Assembly: GCA_031459535.1 (NCBI GenBank)
Contig: JAVKIJ010000094.1
Span: forward strand, 1-10,798
Length of the DNA: 10,798 nucleotides
Origin: Candidatus Fervidifonticultor quintus
GTDB taxonomy: Bacteria; Sysuimicrobiota; Sysuimicrobiia; Sysuimicrobiales; Humicultoraceae
Direction of reading: 5' to 3'
In this document: piece after piece, positions 8,835 to 10,798 of the stretch
Layout: the number at the start of each line of letters is the position of its first letter
Numbering within the stretch: the first letter of the stretch is position 1
Notes under the pieces: model-generated
Databases searched by the model: none
What the model saw: the letters and a program-made list of their open reading frames with translations, nothing else
Told to the model about the DNA's origin: nothing
Program-made: the position numbers and the translations under genes

Positions 8835-9546
8835 ACCGCGGCGCCGCGCCTCCCCCGCAGCTCGGGCAGGTCGTCTCGCCCTGCGTGCCCGCGGTCAGCG
8901 CCTGGGCGTCCAGCCGGACTGAGCGGATCTTGAATGTCACCGGCCACTGGCGCTGGTGCAACACAGGGTTGATCGAGCGCTCGATGTCGCGAATCACCGC
9001 GGTCGGCAACGGCCAGCCGTTGGCGTGCAGACTGTCGAAATAGAAGTACACCTCTGTGGTGCCCGAGGCGGCGAAGAAGCCCCTCATACGCATGCGCGTG
9101 GGCCGGCCCCCGAACATCACCGTCCCGGTGCCAAGCAAATACCCATCTTCGGCCCACAGGCGGATGTCCTCGAGCGGGTTGCCGGCATTGAAGTAGTCCT
9201 GGAGGCTGGCCAGCAGCACCCGCACCTGCATGGCGCTGTCCCGGAAGTCCAGGACCCGCAGCGTGCCGGCCCGCAGGGCCGAGGGATCCAGGGTCACCCC
9301 CACCAGCCGGATGCTGGCTTCGTCCACGCGCAGGCCCTCGGTAAGGAGCACGCGGCGAGCGGCCACCGAGATGCGCGCGTATCCCCCCTCGTAGAGGTCA
9401 GGAATGGCCTCGATCCGCAGCTCGTCAGCGCGCCGCATGAAGGCCCCAAACGCCCGGCGCAGCAGCGCCTCGTCCGCGGCTGCCGGCTGGGAAGCGGCAC
9501 CGACCACCAAGCCGGCTATCAGCGCAAGCCCGAGCACCGCCCGCAT
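8824..9546 (-). CDS. Exported hypothetical protein, DUF2993/LmeA-like, 240 aa
   Basis: Fills the gap between two clear genes with tight coupling. Start re-called to ATG 9546, 1 nt after the upstream TGA, with a GAGGG SD. It begins with a signal-peptide-like MRAVLGLALIAGLVVGAASQPAAA. The pattern GGYARISVAARRV...GLRVDEASIRLVGVTLDPSAL...LQDYFN resembles DUF2993. The family call is tentative, and the CDS itself is more certain. Confidence 0.6.
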   Translation of the reverse strand: MRAVLGLALIAGLVVGAASQPAAADEALLRRAFGAFMRRADELRIEAIPDLYEGGYARISVAARRVLLTEGLRVDEASIRLVGVTLDPSALRAGTLRVLDFRDSAMQVRVLLASLQDYFNAGNPLEDIRLWAEDGYLLGTGTVMFGGRPTRMRMRGFFAASGTTEVYFYFDSLHANGWPLPTAVIRDIERSINPVLHQRQWPVTFKIRSVRLDAQALTAGTQGETTCPSCGGGAAPRYEP

Positions 9547-9547
9547 C

Positions 9548-10540
9548 TCATCCCTCGGAGAGCCATCCGGCGTAGGCAAAGAGCGCGGGCTGCCCGCCGG
9601 TATGCCAGAAGATCACCGTCTGGTCCGGCCCGAACTGCCGGCGCCTGACCATGTCGATCAGTCCGGCCATCGCCTTGCCTGTATACACCGGATCCAGTAG
9701 GATGCCCTCCGTCCGGGCGGCTAGACGAATCGCGTCCAGGCAGGCCGGTGTGGGCTGCCCGTAGCCTTCACCCACGTACTCGTCTGTCACGACGATATCA
9801 TCGGGATGCGGCCGCCAGTCAAGCCCAAGCAGCAGGGCCAGCTCACCGGCCAGACCCCGTACACGCCCGGCAACGATGTCGCGGGAGGCGCCGACGCTAA
9901 CCCCCACCACCCGAATTCCGGACTGCGTGACCTTCATGGCGGTGTGGAGTCCCGCCTGCGTGCCGCCGCTGCCGCTGGCGTGCACGATGGCATCGGCCCG
10001 AATGCCGCGGCCGTTGAGTTGATCGAGCAACTCCAGACCGGCGTTGACAAATGCCGCGGCGCCCAGCGCGGTGGAGCCGCCTAGCGGGATGACGTACGGA
10101 TTGCGGCCCTGACGTCGTAGGTCGCGCGCGACGTCCTCGACGACCCCCATCAATTCATAGGCATCCTCGGTGTTCACGATGCGGATGTCGGCACCGAAGA
10201 GGGCGTCCAGGAGCAGGTTGCCCTGCCGCTGATCGGGCTCCTGCCCCTGCAGGACGACCAGCGCGTCGAGTCCCAGGCGCCTGGCGGCCGCTGCGGCCAC
10301 CCGCGCGTGATTGGACTGCACGGCACCCACGGTGATCACCACGTCGCAACCGCGGTCGACGGCCTCGCCCATCAGGTACTCGATCTTGCGGACCTTGTTG
10401 CCGCCGAAGGCCAGACCGGTGATGTCGTCGCGCTTGAACATGATGCGCGGGCCACCAAGGAAGGCCGACAGCGAGGGGGCTTCCTCCAGTGGCGTCGGAA
10501 GGGCGGCCAGCTTCAGGCGGGGCAGACGTCCCAGTTGCAC
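9548..10540 (-). CDS. PLP-dependent D-cysteine desulfhydrase / cysteate sulfo-lyase family enzyme, 330 aa
   Basis: LPTPLE, FKRDDITGLAFGGNKVRKIEYL (PLP lysine), GAVQSNHAR, ASGSGGTQAGL, RTEGILLDPVYTGKAMAGL and FWHTGG. Thr occupies both diagnostic positions where ACC deaminases have Glu and Leu. GTG start with a GGGGGA SD. Confidence 0.9.
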   Translation of the reverse strand: MQLGRLPRLKLAALPTPLEEAPSLSAFLGGPRIMFKRDDITGLAFGGNKVRKIEYLMGEAVDRGCDVVITVGAVQSNHARVAAAAARRLGLDALVVLQGQEPDQRQGNLLLDALFGADIRIVNTEDAYELMGVVEDVARDLRRQGRNPYVIPLGGSTALGAAAFVNAGLELLDQLNGRGIRADAIVHASGSGGTQAGLHTAMKVTQSGIRVVGVSVGASRDIVAGRVRGLAGELALLLGLDWRPHPDDIVVTDEYVGEGYGQPTPACLDAIRLAARTEGILLDPVYTGKAMAGLIDMVRRRQFGPDQTVIFWHTGGQPALFAYAGWLSEG

Positions 10541-10557
10541 AGGTATCCCCCTTGTCT

Positions 10558-10798
10558 TCAGGCCGGTTTCGTCAGCCCGGCCACATACGCGGCCCAGGCC
10601 TCGCGGGCCTCTGCCACGGATACAGCCTCAAACCGTAGGGCCGCGCCCGGGGCGGCCTGGGCCAGGCGATCGAGGTCGGCGGCGATCACCCAGGCGATCT
10701 TGGGATAGCCGCCGGTCGTGGGGCCGTCCGCGAGCAGGACGATCGGCTGGCCTTCTGCGGGCACCTGAACCGCCCCCGGAAGGAGCCCGTCGGAGAGG
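10558..10798 (-). CDS. pxpC: C-terminal part of 5-oxoprolinase subunit C / KipA / allophanate hydrolase subunit 2 family protein (5'-truncated by the window edge)
   Basis: The frame is open to the window edge: LSDGLLPGAVQVPAEGQPIVLLADGPTTGGYPKIAWVIAADLDRLAQAAPGAALRF. The motif GAVQVP..GQPIVLL.D..TTGGYPKI is the AHS2/PxpC signature. Confidence 0.9.
   Translation of the reverse strand, partial: LSDGLLPGAVQVPAEGQPIVLLADGPTTGGYPKIAWVIAADLDRLAQAAPGAALRFEAVSVAEAREAWAAYVAGLTKPA

Overview
High-GC bacterial chromosome segment in which all credible genes are on the minus strand. Reading right to left: 3' end of pxpC (5-oxoprolinase C / KipA / AHS2 family), a PLP-dependent D-cysteine desulfhydrase-family gene, a DUF2993/LmeA-like exported protein, a peptidase C26 gamma-glutamyl hydrolase (PuuD-like), a long-form nfeD, tsaE-tsaB-rimI-tsaD, groES-groEL behind a sigma70 promoter and CIRCE, a YceI-family exported protein, and the 5' ~1 kb of purD (missing from the ORF track because it runs off the window edge). 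This is mostly housekeeping DNA, and I see no mobile element, CRISPR array, structural RNA gene or defence island. The most interesting signals are small. (1) An inverted pair of Bacillus-type PurR boxes (GAAC-N25-GTTC) straddles the purD start codon, with one box written into coding sequence. (2) An unannotated 16-codon Arg-rich ORF with its own SD bridges tsaB and rimI by an ATGA overlap. (3) nfeD has no adjacent stomatin/SPFH partner. (4) pxpC, the dcyD-like gene and the C26 hydrolase may form a gamma-glutamyl/cysteine catabolic module. The long plus-strand ORFs are antisense shadows. All family assignments come from motif recognition, not database searches.
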